A stretch of 64,000 nt of DNA from Candidatus Velthaea sp. (GTDB taxonomy: Bacteria > Vulcanimicrobiota > Vulcanimicrobiia > Vulcanimicrobiales > Vulcanimicrobiaceae). The notes below the pieces were generated by a model that saw only the letters and a program-made list of their open reading frames with translations, was not told the origin of the DNA and searched no databases. The stretch lies in contig JBEKHC010000002.1 in the NCBI GenBank assembly GCA_050012475.1, positions 1 through 64,000 on the forward strand, written 5' to 3'. Positions 30,553 through 40,272 of the stretch are shown piece after piece (positions within the stretch are counted from its first letter, which is position 1; each line of letters opens with the position of its first letter). Both the position numbers and the translations under genes were made by a program.

Positions 30553-31779
30553 TTAGCCCCAGCGTGGCTGCTCATCCAGACTGATACCGAGCACGGTCTT
30601 ACCCACCACTTCGTGCGTTAGGAAAGCATTGGCGGGATGAATTCTGCCCAGGCGAGCATCGCGCAGCAGACGCTCGTATCCGGCCGAGCGAAAGATGCCA
30701 TGGCCGCCGGCAACATCGAGTCCAAGATCCACAACGCGCCACGCCGCCTCGACGGCCCGATATTTGGCCGCGAAGATCTTCAGCGGCCATTCGGCGCCGT
30801 GATTGACGCCGTTCGACCAGTCCTGGGCAATCCGTTCGACATGCGGCCCGATCGATTCCAATTCGATCTTCATTTGTGCGATGGCATGCTGCACCTCGGG
30901 ATGGTAAGCCATCGACCGCGAGAGGGCCAGAGAGTTCTTGCTCTTAGCGGCGCTAACACTCTTATTCAAAGCGCGTTCGGCTAATCCGTAATAGACATTG
31001 GCGAAGCCCATCAGCGCCCAGGCAAAGACGGAGAGCACAAACGCATCGATTCCTGCACCACCAGCCGGCACAACGCGAGCGACGAACCGGTCGGGAATAA
31101 ACGCGTTCTCCAAGACCGCGTCGTCGCTGCGCGTAGCTCGCATACCGAGAACATCCCAGGTTTCTTCGATGATGTAGCCGCCGCCGTCGCGCGGAATAAA
31201 CGCGTGGACGATCTTTGGCTGGTCCGGGCTACTTGTGTCCATTGCGTGTACGCCGAAACGCGTCCACACCGGCGTTAGGCTGGCAAACTGTTTGCGGCCT
31301 GAGAATCGGTAGCCGCCTTCGACCCGTTCCGCTTTCGCTGTCGAAAGCAGGACGGGGATGTCGTTGCCGCTCTCGGCGTGACCGGCCGCGAAAATTTCGC
31401 CGGCCGCGGCATCCCGAAGCATCCATTCGAGCGACGCATCTCCCCGATGCCACAGGTCGGCGGCAACTCCGACCCAGTAGAGATGCATATTCACCGCCAA
31501 GGCAGTCGCCGGTGCATAGTATGCGAGCCGGCGCTGCTCGCGACACACTTCGGCGAGGCTCAAGCCAGCGCCGCCAAATTGCTCCGGAACCGGCATAGTG
31601 AGATATTTCGCAGCGCGGAGCTCTTCGAAATCCCGATCGAAGAAGCGATTTTCCCGGTCATAGCCGGCGGCGCGGGCATCGAAACGGGCGAGCATCTCCT
31701 CGGAGAGACCGACACGTGCGGATACCGCGGCGGAGTTCGTGCGTTCGCCCGGAAAAGTCGCTTCGTCAACTGCCGACAT
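30553..31779 (-). CDS. Acyl-CoA dehydrogenase family protein
   Basis: PEQFGGAG, GRKQFAS, WDVLGMRATRS, ERLLRDAR. Confidence 0.9.
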   Translation of the reverse strand: MSAVDEATFPGERTNSAAVSARVGLSEEMLARFDARAAGYDRENRFFDRDFEELRAAKYLTMPVPEQFGGAGLSLAEVCREQRRLAYYAPATALAVNMHLYWVGVAADLWHRGDASLEWMLRDAAAGEIFAAGHAESGNDIPVLLSTAKAERVEGGYRFSGRKQFASLTPVWTRFGVHAMDTSSPDQPKIVHAFIPRDGGGYIIEETWDVLGMRATRSDDAVLENAFIPDRFVARVVPAGGAGIDAFVLSVFAWALMGFANVYYGLAERALNKSVSAAKSKNSLALSRSMAYHPEVQHAIAQMKIELESIGPHVERIAQDWSNGVNHGAEWPLKIFAAKYRAVEAAWRVVDLGLDVAGGHGIFRSAGYERLLRDARLGRIHPANAFLTHEVVGKTVLGISLDEQPRWG

Positions 31780-31801
31780 GCGTTAACCCTCGATAAGATT
31801 T

Positions 31802-32887
31802 TTACGGCCGTGCTTCATATACGATGTTAAACGGTGTTTCCGTGGCTCGGCGAAAGCGAGTAAAGCCCGCCGAAGTCACGACTTCTCGGATGCGGCTTTC
31901 GCCGGCCTGCGCACCTAGACAGAGTGCGATTTCCTGCGATCTCGAGCACGGCGTACACAACAAAGTTGAGAACGAGTAGTAGACGCGCCCCACGGGATTG
32001 AGGTTGTCTTCCAACTGATCGTTTGCGAAGGGCTCGACGATCATCCAGGTGCCGTCTGTTGCAAGCGCTCGGCGAACGTGAGCGGCAACGCCCACGGGAT
32101 CGCCCATGTCGTGAAGGCAATCGAAGGCCGCTACCAAGTCGTAGTCTCTACCCGGGAAGTCTTTGGCACTCGAGACCTCAAAGTCGACCCGGTCGGCAAC
32201 TCCTTGGCGTCCGGCAGATTCTCGCGCCGCCTCGATGGATTGGTCGTGGTAGTCAAATCCGAAAAATCGCGAGTTGGGGAAAGCTCTTGCCATCAGCACC
32301 GTCGATGCGCCTTTTCCGCAGCCGATGTCGGCCACCCGGGCACCCGTTTCCAGCTTTTGTTGAACCTGGTTTAGCGAAGGTATCCACGAGCTGACAAGGT
32401 TCGCAGCGTAGCCTGGACGGAAGAACTTTTCGCAGCCGTGAAAAACGCCGGGATCGTGTTCGTGCCAGCCCATTCCGGCGCCCGTGCGGAATGATTCCGC
32501 GATGCGCGGCACGGCAGCTAAAGAACCCACCGCGAGTTCAAAAGCGCCCGGCAGATAAGCTGGGCTGTCTTCATGGGCCAACGCGAAAGCTTGCTCGTTG
32601 GTCAGGCTGAATCGTTTCGTCGTCTCATCGTAGGTGATGTAGCCGCCCGCCGCCTGCGAGGCGAGCCATTCACGCAGATAACGCTCGTCCGTTGCGGTCT
32701 CCTCGGCTAACTCCGCCGGAGTCATGGGGCCGGCCGCGAGTGCTTTGTAAAGACCGAGTTTCTCGCCGATCACCACCATCCCGGCGTGAACCGAAGCGCC
32801 AAGGTCGGTGACGAATTGTCCGATAAAGGCGTTCAGTTTGTCCATGTCCGGAACCGGCATTGGAGCCGGCGCGTGTGCTGTACTCAT
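31802..32887 (-). CDS. Class I SAM-dependent methyltransferase with N-terminal HTH (Rv2258c-like)
   Basis: ERYLREWL, DIGCGKG, FDCLHDMGDP, TPFNIVYEARP. Confidence 0.9.
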   Translation of the reverse strand: MSTAHAPAPMPVPDMDKLNAFIGQFVTDLGASVHAGMVVIGEKLGLYKALAAGPMTPAELAEETATDERYLREWLASQAAGGYITYDETTKRFSLTNEQAFALAHEDSPAYLPGAFELAVGSLAAVPRIAESFRTGAGMGWHEHDPGVFHGCEKFFRPGYAANLVSSWIPSLNQVQQKLETGARVADIGCGKGASTVLMARAFPNSRFFGFDYHDQSIEAARESAGRQGVADRVDFEVSSAKDFPGRDYDLVAAFDCLHDMGDPVGVAAHVRRALATDGTWMIVEPFANDQLEDNLNPVGRVYYSFSTLLCTPCSRSQEIALCLGAQAGESRIREVVTSAGFTRFRRATETPFNIVYEARP

Positions 32888-33073
32888 TTGAATGTCTCCC
32901 GTTGGTTGGCGATGTGGTCAATCGGGAACCCCGGTGCCGCCGTTGGAACCTCGCGGAAAATGCCGGATCTCGCGTGCTTCACATTTAGCAAGCGCAGGTC
33001 AGCGGCGTAACGAAGCATTGCCGAAGAAAGCCCGAAAGAATCCGAAAATCTATCTTGTGGGAGCACGGGGCCC

Positions 33074-35644
33074 TTGGAGACGATCGCCTCAACGTACCAC
33101 TTCGGCGAGTTCACGCTCGACGTGACGAGGGGCTGCGTTCTTCGGGCAGGAGCCGAAATCAAGGTCCGCCCCAAGGTTTATGAGACGCTCGCCTACCTGG
33201 TAAGAAACCGCGGCCGCCTGATCAGCAAGCAGGAACTGATGCAAGCAGTCTGGCCGGACAGCTTTGTTACCGACGACTCACTCGTGCAGTGCACCCTCGA
33301 ACTGCGGCGTGCTCTGGACGATCGCGACCAACAGTTACTCCGGACGGTACCGCGCCGAGGATACCTGTTCACCGCTGAGGTCACTCAGGGCGCAGCAAGA
33401 TCCGTCGCCTTACCGGAGGCTGATCTACCCGACTCAAGGGGCCGCAGAAACGGGGCTGCAAGACTTGGCGCACGGCTCGTCGATTTGCCGACCCCTCGCA
33501 CTTCGCTGATCGGCCGCGACAAAGAGGTGGAAAGTGCGGCGGAGCTGTTGCGCAATCAGAACATTCAGCTCCTAAGTCTTACCGGTCCCGGAGGCGCTGG
33601 AAAGACTCGCCTAGCGATTGCCGTAGCCGCGACGATTGCGTCGGAGTTTACCGGCGGAGTAAAATTTGTCGGGCTGGCCTCCATAACGGATCCCGAGCTG
33701 GTGGCAACGGCGCTCGCCAAATCGCTCGACATCCAACAAGTCGCCAACCGCACCGGCCCGCAACTCATCAGTGATTACTTCGAAGGTTCGGGTCCATTTC
33801 TCTTCGTGCTCGATAACTTTGAGCACGTATTAGCCGCTGCAACCCTCGTGGCCGAAACGTTAACGACCTGTCCCAGTCTCAAGGTGCTGGTCACCAGCCG
33901 AGCGTGTCTTCGAATTTATGGCGAGCAAGAATTCCCAGTGGCCCCCTTGCAGCGGGATTCAGCCGTCCAGTTGTTTGTGCAGCGCGCAACGGCAGTCCGG
34001 CCCAACTTCGCGGTGACCGACGAAAATTCGATCGCGATTGGGGAAATCTGCGCACGCCTCGATGGTTTGCCGCTAGGGATCGAGCTGGCGGCAGCCCGAA
34101 CGAAGGTCTTATCGCCGCGCGACATTCTGGAACGGCTGCGAAGCCGTTTGCAACTATTGACCGGCGGCGCGCTCGACTTACCCGAACGCCAACAGACCCT
34201 CCGCGCAACGATCGACTGGAGCCACGGGCTCTTGAACGAGGCCGAGCAGAAACTGTTCCGGCGATTTTCCGTCTTTATCGGCGGCTGCACGCTCGAGGCT
34301 GCTGAAGCTGTGTGCAACACGGCAAGTGATCTGGGAGTCGATTTGTTCGACGGCCTTGCTTCTCTGGTCGATAAGAACCTCGTTCAGCGCGTGGACCGTT
34401 CAAATTCCGAGGCGCGTTTCACAATGTTAGAAACCATTCGTGAGTACGCGCTCGAGCGGCTGGTATCGAGCGGCGAAGAGAGCCGAACGAGACGCGCGCA
34501 TGCCGCTTACTGCCTGGTCCTCGCACAGGAAGGCAATCCTGATTTGAGCCCAGCGGAACGGACCGCGTGGCTGACGCGATGCGATCTGGAGATAGACAAC
34601 TTTCGCTCCGCTCTTGACCACCTAATTCAGGATGGAGACGCTGACTGGAGTTTGCGTCTTTCTATGGCGCTCTTCCGGTTCTGGGACATGCGCGAGCACT
34701 TTACCGAAGGGCGAAGCCGCTTGGAGACCGTGCTGCGCCTGGCGGGCGAGCGTTTTTCAAAAGAACGTGCGAAGCTGGCGCTTTTTCTGGGAGCTCTCAC
34801 CACAGCGCAGGGTGATTTTCCCTCCGCGCAGCGCTTTCTCGAGCAAAGCCTTTCACTTTATGACGAGTTGAGCGATCGATGGGGCGTAGCCGTCTCCTTG
34901 AATGCACTCGCGATATCAGCGCGGGACCTAGGCGACTACTCTTCAGCGCAAGCCAACTTCGAACGCAGCTTAGCCTGTTGGCGTGCGCTATCTGATCGAT
35001 CGGCGCTCGCCCGTTGCCTTCATAACCTCGCGGACGTCACCAAAGTTTGCGGCGATTATTCGCGCGCACAATCGGAACTAACGGAAGCGGCGAGCATTTT
35101 TGAAGAACTCGGCGATCGGAGCGGAGCCGCATGGTCGAAAAATCAGCAAGGGGATCTAGCGCGCGAACAAGGCGACCTCGCTGCCGCTCTCGGCTTTTAT
35201 GGACGTGCGCTTTCGGCATTTCGGGAAATTGGGGATCGCTGGGGCTCCGCCCGGTCTCTCGCCGATTTAGGTCACATCCACTGCGAGCAGAACGAGTACG
35301 AGGCGGCGCACGCCGCCTACAGTGAATCGCTGGAACTCTTCACGGAGTTAGGGCACAGGCGCGGCATCGCACGTGCGTTGGAGGGTTCCGCGTGTTTGGC
35401 TGCGGCTCGAGGCGATGCAGTGCGAGCGCTGAAGCTGGCGGCAGCTGCAGCGCATTTGCGATGGCTGATCGGCGCACCACTCCCGCGCGCAGAGCAGCTA
35501 CGCCTCGCTCAGAATCTATTACGCGCGTGGGAATCGCTAAGCGATGCGGACGGGAAAGAGGCGTGGGCAGCAGGGCGAGCGATGAGCATCGAGAGCGCAA
35601 TTCAACACTCACTGCACGAACCGCAGTCGACTATTACAGGTTGA
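33074..35644 (+). CDS. STAND-type regulator: winged-helix (OmpR/CadC-like) + ATPase + TPR
   Basis: VWPDSFV...TVPRRGY, GPGGAGKT, VLDNFE, LDGLPLGIELAAAR, TPR repeats. Confidence 0.9.
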   Translation: METIASTYHFGEFTLDVTRGCVLRAGAEIKVRPKVYETLAYLVRNRGRLISKQELMQAVWPDSFVTDDSLVQCTLELRRALDDRDQQLLRTVPRRGYLFTAEVTQGAARSVALPEADLPDSRGRRNGAARLGARLVDLPTPRTSLIGRDKEVESAAELLRNQNIQLLSLTGPGGAGKTRLAIAVAATIASEFTGGVKFVGLASITDPELVATALAKSLDIQQVANRTGPQLISDYFEGSGPFLFVLDNFEHVLAAATLVAETLTTCPSLKVLVTSRACLRIYGEQEFPVAPLQRDSAVQLFVQRATAVRPNFAVTDENSIAIGEICARLDGLPLGIELAAARTKVLSPRDILERLRSRLQLLTGGALDLPERQQTLRATIDWSHGLLNEAEQKLFRRFSVFIGGCTLEAAEAVCNTASDLGVDLFDGLASLVDKNLVQRVDRSNSEARFTMLETIREYALERLVSSGEESRTRRAHAAYCLVLAQEGNPDLSPAERTAWLTRCDLEIDNFRSALDHLIQDGDADWSLRLSMALFRFWDMREHFTEGRSRLETVLRLAGERFSKERAKLALFLGALTTAQGDFPSAQRFLEQSLSLYDELSDRWGVAVSLNALAISARDLGDYSSAQANFERSLACWRALSDRSALARCLHNLADVTKVCGDYSRAQSELTEAASIFEELGDRSGAAWSKNQQGDLAREQGDLAAALGFYGRALSAFREIGDRWGSARSLADLGHIHCEQNEYEAAHAAYSESLELFTELGHRRGIARALEGSACLAAARGDAVRALKLAAAAAHLRWLIGAPLPRAEQLRLAQNLLRAWESLSDADGKEAWAAGRAMSIESAIQHSLHEPQSTITG

Positions 35645-35903
35645 CGGGATCGAGGAGCCGGCGCACGGCCGACACCCGATCGGCCGGAATGCCGGTCCGG
35701 CGCGCGTGCTCCCGTACGCTATTCTCGTCGGGAGCGAGATACACGCAATAGACTTTATCTTCGGTCACGTAACTGTGCAACCACTGGATTTTCGGGCCCA
35801 TACTCTCCAGTGTCTCGAGAGAGCGCAGAGACAACTCACGGAGCTCTGCGTCCGAGATCGATCCAGCCCCCGGAATCTCACGTTCTATGATGAACTGCGG
35901 CAT
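35634..35903 (-). CDS. DUF4242 family small protein
   Basis: IEREIPG, WLHSYV, YCVYLAP, HA...G.PADRV. Confidence 0.85.
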   Translation of the reverse strand: MPQFIIEREIPGAGSISDAELRELSLRSLETLESMGPKIQWLHSYVTEDKVYCVYLAPDENSVREHARRTGIPADRVSAVRRLLDPVNL

Positions 35904-36137
35904 GATTCTGAGAAGTTAACCTCGGCTACGGCAAAAAAATGATTGCTGCGGGGTCGATTTACGACTTGGAAACCGATGTGCGGAGGCGGCAGATGCTTAT
36001 TCCTTTCGTGCAGGCCTTCCTGCCCGTTCCTCCCTTCACCATAGAACAGGCAACCGAGGATAACCGAGTTCGTTCGTTGTGTGTGCCTACGCAGCGCATC
36101 GTGCCCTGCGACCGACGTCCTCGGCCGGATATGGCTA

Positions 36138-36481
36138 TCAGCGACTGAAAAGCGAACACGGTCCGCTTCTTTTCCATCAGTCCGGCGGTTGCTGTGACGG
36201 CAGTGCGCCGATGTGTCTTCGGGATAACGACTTCCGGGTCGGTTCACACGATGTGTTGCTGGGCGTCGTCGAGGGCTGTCCCTTTTACATCGGAGGCGCG
36301 CAGTTCAAAACCTGGGAGCATACGCAGCTCATCAGATGTCATCCCCGGTTCGGGCGATAGTTTCTCGATTGAAGTCTCAGGCGGGGCCCGGTTCATCACC
36401 GAGTCGCGCGTCCTCAGTGCTCTTGAACAGGTTGCTCAAGGCTGCCGGGCCGCCACAGACCGGGCCGGCGGCCGCATCTGA
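36138..36481 (+). pseudogene. DUF779 family pseudogene (frameshifted, 5' decayed)
   Basis: HGPLLFHQSGGCCDGSAPMC...WEHTQLI continues in another frame as DVIPGSGDSFSIE...RFITESR. Confidence 0.75.
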
Positions 36482-36898
36482 GGAGCTTCGCGTGCAGCGA
36501 ACGTAACCTTCGGAGCGGTGGGTCGCCGTCGACATCCCACTGACGACTCACCGCGCTCCGTCTGCCGGCATTTTGGCTTTCGCGTTTCGCGCCCGCAGCG
36601 CAATGCGGTCGGTTAAAGACGGCCGGTCCGTGTTACGGACTCGGTCCAGCTCTGCCCCGCGTCGTTTGCGCGCCTTAACGCCTCGCAACGCGCCTCGTGA
36701 TGAGGTTCCGGAACGGCTATGCCCGGCGCGGTTAGAGCCCGAGGTCAGCCTGGATAGCGAAAGGCGCGTCCTATAGTGGCTATGGGTCGCGCCTGTTTGC
36801 TCAGAGTGTGGTGATTATTAGGTCCGTCCAGAATCGGTCACGTCACCCGTCGTTTTCGAGCACCTGCCGGACTGTATCAGAAAAGCGGACCGCGGCGG

Positions 36899-37207
36899 TT
36901 AGCGCGCTGCTACCGCTACCGGGCTCGAGCTAGAGTCTACCGCGGGCGACAAGACATCGGCGAGCTGGCTGGCAAACGCCTTTTGCTGGTCGAGCACTTG
37001 GGTCGCGAACGACGAATTGAGTTCAACAACCTGCGCGAGCGTCGGAAGGCCTTCGATCGTAGATCCGTTCGGCAGCTTCATCAACGAAGGCAAGCTGGCG
37101 GCAACTTCACGAACTGTTTGGAGCGTGGAGATCTGGACCGCTTCGATCTGTTTGACGTTGTCGAGTGTTTGAGTTTGGATTTTTTCGAGAATTTCGAGAT
37201 AGGTCAT
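36899..37207 (-). CDS. Hypothetical helical protein (phasin-like composition)
   Basis: 102-aa ORF directly after a near-consensus promoter; amphipathic helices. Confidence 0.7.
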   Translation of the reverse strand: MTYLEILEKIQTQTLDNVKQIEAVQISTLQTVREVAASLPSLMKLPNGSTIEGLPTLAQVVELNSSFATQVLDQQKAFASQLADVLSPAVDSSSSPVAVAAR

Positions 37208-37213
37208 GTGCTA

Positions 37214-37241
37214 AGTATACCAAGCAGATGCAGTTTGTCAA
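37214..37241 (-). promoter_or_regulatory. Sigma70-type promoter, leaderless transcript
   Basis: TTGACA-N16-TATACT-N6-ATG(37207). Confidence 0.75.
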
Positions 37242-37364
37242 GCGGCTTTGGTCGAAGGCGCGTCGCAGTGCGTCCAAGTGGGGATAACTCAACATTCGTT
37301 GCGCCCGCTGGGCCTTTCGCGATATGTCTTCCCACGGATGATCTATCGGCAGATCTGACACGCG

Positions 37365-37715
37365 TTGATCGGTGCTGGGAGACGCGTGCGCTTCACTCGC
37401 TGCAGCGACTTGGTGCAACGCCTTCAGGCTGCCCGGCGCGATCTGCGGCTGCCGCAAAGACTTGCCAAGCTCGATCGCTTCGATTTGATCATCCTGGACG
37501 ATCTGTCGTACGTGCGCCGCGATCAGGCCGAAACGGCGGTGCTCTTCGAGCTGATTTCCAAACGCCACGAGCGCAAGAGCATCGCGATTATGCCAATGCG
37601 CCCTTCTCGCAGTGGAGTGATGTCTTCGTCGATCCGGCGCCGACCTTGGCGGCAATCGATCGGCTCGTTCACCATGCGGCGATCCTCGAGATGAATGTGG
37701 AACGCTGTCGCCAGC
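37365..37715 (+). mobile_element. istB: IS21 helper ATPase (IstB) remnant, truncated and frameshifted
   Basis: LIILDDLSYV..DQAETAVLFELI, then a frameshift, then ANAPFSQW...AAIDRLVHHAAILEMNVE. Confidence 0.85.
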
Positions 37716-37765
37716 TAAAAACAGGACCACAGGTCTTCGAGTGCGATGGCTCACCCCAGCACGAG

Positions 37766-38110
37766 CTACGTGAGCGGCGAAAGGTGCTTTGGTTCGTAAA
37801 GGCCGAGCTTGTCGCCGCCAGGGAGTTCGAGCGTCGTCACCAAACCCCAGCCGCGGTCGGCGAGCGGTGTCGTTTTGATTCCCTTCTTCTCGAGCTGTTG
37901 TACCGTCGCGGCGATGTCGCCGCAGATCAGCCACAGTTCGTGTTCGGGGTCGTCTTCGGTCTCATGGACGGCGAGTTCGGTCGGCGGTGCGGCGAAGAAG
38001 AGCCGCCCGTTGCCGGCGTCGACGTAGTGCAGGTCGAGCACGTCCTTGAGAAAGTCATACATCTCCTTGGCGTGCTTTGTGTAGAAGATCGCGTGGATAC
38101 CGGTGATCAC
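37766..38110 (-). CDS. VOC/glyoxalase family protein
   Basis: ITGIHAIFY, PPTELAVH, DRGWG, LPGG..LGLYEPKH. Confidence 0.85.
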   Translation of the reverse strand: MITGIHAIFYTKHAKEMYDFLKDVLDLHYVDAGNGRLFFAAPPTELAVHETEDDPEHELWLICGDIAATVQQLEKKGIKTTPLADRGWGLVTTLELPGGDKLGLYEPKHLSPLT

Positions 38111-38138
38111 TCTGTTCCTCTTCCCTCGAACTACGCGC

Positions 38139-38200
38139 CTTCGCTGCGCTCCGCTCGGATGACATTACAACGGCGCTTCGCGCGCTCCGCTCGGGATGAC
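38139..38200 (+). repeat. Two tandem REP-like units
   Basis: CTTCGCTGCGCTCCGCTCGGATGAC and CTTCGCGCGCTCCGCTCGGGATGAC. Confidence 0.6.
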
Positions 38201-38413
38201 CATAGCGTAATTGAAAAACGCGCGGCGCCGCTGTGGACAGCGTGGCTGAGCTCCGCAAGCAGCAGTTAGCAACGAGCAAGGGGCTCATCCCCACCCTGCC
38301 CACAGCACCACTACTGCTGCTGCTTCTTCAAAGAAAGGACGAGGAACGGGACGGGCACTACCGCCTCATCTGAAAACCGCGACCTATACTGCTACCTGCT
38401 TCGCAGCGGCAAA

Positions 38414-38454
38414 GATAATTGACGCCGAGCGGTCGGGATAATTGTCGCCGAGCA
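38414..38454 (+). mobile_element. Probable IS21-type right end
   Basis: 17-nt direct repeats GATAATTGACGCCGAGC / GATAATTGTCGCCGAGC ending in CA, downstream of the istB remnant. Confidence 0.55.
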
Positions 38455-38748
38455 CGTTTCGCACCGCCAACGATTCGCCGGTGTCGAGATCGACTACATC
38501 AATCGCGCCAAAGTGGCGGCCAAGATGTTACGTTTCGGGTCGGCGGCGAATCGACCGGGATACTCGTCGCCGACCGCGGCACCTTCGCGCCTTGCGTCCT
38601 AATCCGGCGCGAGTTCCCGACCGTCACCGACGCTTAGCCAATATCGCATTGAAAGCACTGGGAAGTGCAGGCCCCCTCCTAGCCAGGGACGCTCCGATGG
38701 AGCCCTGGACGTCGCCGCGATGCTCTAGCCAGCACGAAATCAGGCATA

Positions 38749-39030
38749 CTAGCCGAGGTAGCGGTGCACGAGCATCTGCCATTCTTCGTCGAGCGAGCAC
38801 GTCGGGAATGGTTCGCCGACGCGGCGGTACCAATAGCGCGCGTTCGCGGCATCGCCTTCTTTGCGATGCAGATACGCGTGCACGCGATTCGTTTCCGCGG
38901 TTTCGGGAGCTTGCGCGCGTTCGTGGGCCGCTTCCCATCGTCCGGCGCGGTCGAGCGCTAACGCCGCCAGTGCCGGCGCGAGACTGCGCGCCCGCTCGAC
39001 GTCGATCGCAAGAAACTCTTCGTACGTCAT
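38749..39030 (-). CDS. Conserved hypothetical protein
   Basis: WEAAH..AQ, HAYLHRKEGD..NARYWY motif. Confidence 0.8.
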   Translation of the reverse strand: MTYEEFLAIDVERARSLAPALAALALDRAGRWEAAHERAQAPETAETNRVHAYLHRKEGDAANARYWYRRVGEPFPTCSLDEEWQMLVHRYLG

Positions 39031-39237
39031 TACAGCTGTTGTTCTCCGGGGCGGATGTCAAGGTCGAACCGATAGCCGGGTAAGCGTCGCTGCGGCGCGT
39101 TCGGACACGAGCGCCGGTTGGGACGCTTTTCGGACGGCCGATCCGTACCATCGCAAAGGTGAGCTCGTTCCGAGCGATCGGGAGACCACTGCTGCTTCGA
39201 GCATTTCGAAGGACCCCTTTCGAGTGGAGTTTCAATT

Positions 39238-39519
39238 GTGAAGCGAACAACACTGGTATCGCTTGCGGCAACCTTACCCATTGCCGCGCTTGCGATCGGC
39301 AATGCCGTGGCGCAACCTCCGACGGCGGCGGCGACCGCTTTTGGCGCCTCGGTCCCCGCGAAGGTGAGTTATATTCCCCCAGTCATTGGGCCCGTTCGCG
39401 ACTACGTGATCATCATCATCACGACGGCGTGGGGCCGCGTGGTGGGCGATATCCCGTACGCATCGACGGGCATCAAAGCCGCGAGCCCGAGCGACGCGGC
39501 AAAATCCCTGGACGGTTGA
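39238..39519 (+). CDS. Secreted 93-aa peptide, putative SdpC-like precursor
   Basis: GGAG SD; Sec signal peptide ending AVA; hydrophobic core YVIIIITTAWGRVVG; first gene of the cluster. Confidence 0.7.
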   Translation: MKRTTLVSLAATLPIAALAIGNAVAQPPTAAATAFGASVPAKVSYIPPVIGPVRDYVIIIITTAWGRVVGDIPYASTGIKAASPSDAAKSLDG

Positions 39520-39524
39520 GCAGC

Positions 39525-39555
39525 AGGCGTGAAGTCCGCGTACGGCTTCACGCCT
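39525..39555 (+). terminator. Stem-loop after the peptide gene (stabiliser/attenuator; no U-tract)
   Basis: AGGCGTGAAG / CTTCACGCCT 10-bp stem. Confidence 0.6.
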
Positions 39556-39618
39556 CGCCGCTGCGCCGGCGCACGTCATGAATGCCTTGATGCCGTCTGA
39601 ACGGCGAGGACTTTTCGC

Positions 39619-40272
39619 ATGGACAACACCGACGTTGCTTCGCCTCGAGAGCGCCTGGCGCTCGCGGCTTTCGCGCTCGTTCTCGCCGCCGTCCTCGCCG
39701 TTCACGCGGGGTTCGAGACCCTCTTCGTTCTGCCGTCGAACCCGATCGGCGAACGGCTGCGGCCGCTGGTACTCGCGTACACGCACCCGTACTTCGAGCA
39801 GTATTGGAACATGTTTGCGCCGGCGCCCATCGCGAGCGACATCATCGTGCTCGCGCGGACGCGAGACGCGGCGGGTGCCCAGAGCGCGTGGGTCAGTCTG
39901 ACCGATCCGCTCATCGACAAGGTGCGCGCAAATCCGCTCTCACGCTACTCGACGCTGAAGAACGTCGCCATGACGCTGGGCCTCGCCGCCCTGGCCGACA
40001 AGACGCTCATCAAGGGGAAACTCACCCGCGCTCAGCTTCGGACGCTCATGGAACCCAAGACGCGGCCGATGTTTTTCGACGGCCTGCTGCGCCTCGCGGT
40101 CTTTCTGCGGGCCGGCGAAGGCACCGACGTCCGCAGCATGCAGATCCAAATCATCGATCACGAGTTTCCGCGCTTTAGCCATCGATTCGAGCGCGACGAC
40201 GTTCGCTTGAACAACCACGCGATGATCCTGCCCTGGGTACCGGTTTCTGGAACGGACGGAAGCACATCATGA
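39619..40272 (+). CDS. DUF5819 / SdpA-like protein
   Basis: One N-terminal TM; P.NP..., YTHPYFEQYWNMFAPAP motif; precedes an HTTM gene with ATGA overlap. Confidence 0.8.
   Translation: MDNTDVASPRERLALAAFALVLAAVLAVHAGFETLFVLPSNPIGERLRPLVLAYTHPYFEQYWNMFAPAPIASDIIVLARTRDAAGAQSAWVSLTDPLIDKVRANPLSRYSTLKNVAMTLGLAALADKTLIKGKLTRAQLRTLMEPKTRPMFFDGLLRLAVFLRAGEGTDVRSMQIQIIDHEFPRFSHRFERDDVRLNNHAMILPWVPVSGTDGSTS

Noticed and set aside
33074..35644. STAND ATPase-TPR proteins as Avs-type antiphage defence
   Set aside because: The N-terminal domains are DNA-binding HTHs typical of transcriptional regulators; no nuclease, TIR or SIR2 effector.
36510..36560. Imperfect long hairpin, possible ncRNA
   Set aside because: Single copy and GC-rich; could arise by chance, and matches no RNA family I recognise.
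38455..38637. Possible decayed gene fragment (IDYINRAK..VTFRV..DRGTFAP)
   Set aside because: Broken across frames, no start, and homology cannot be verified here.
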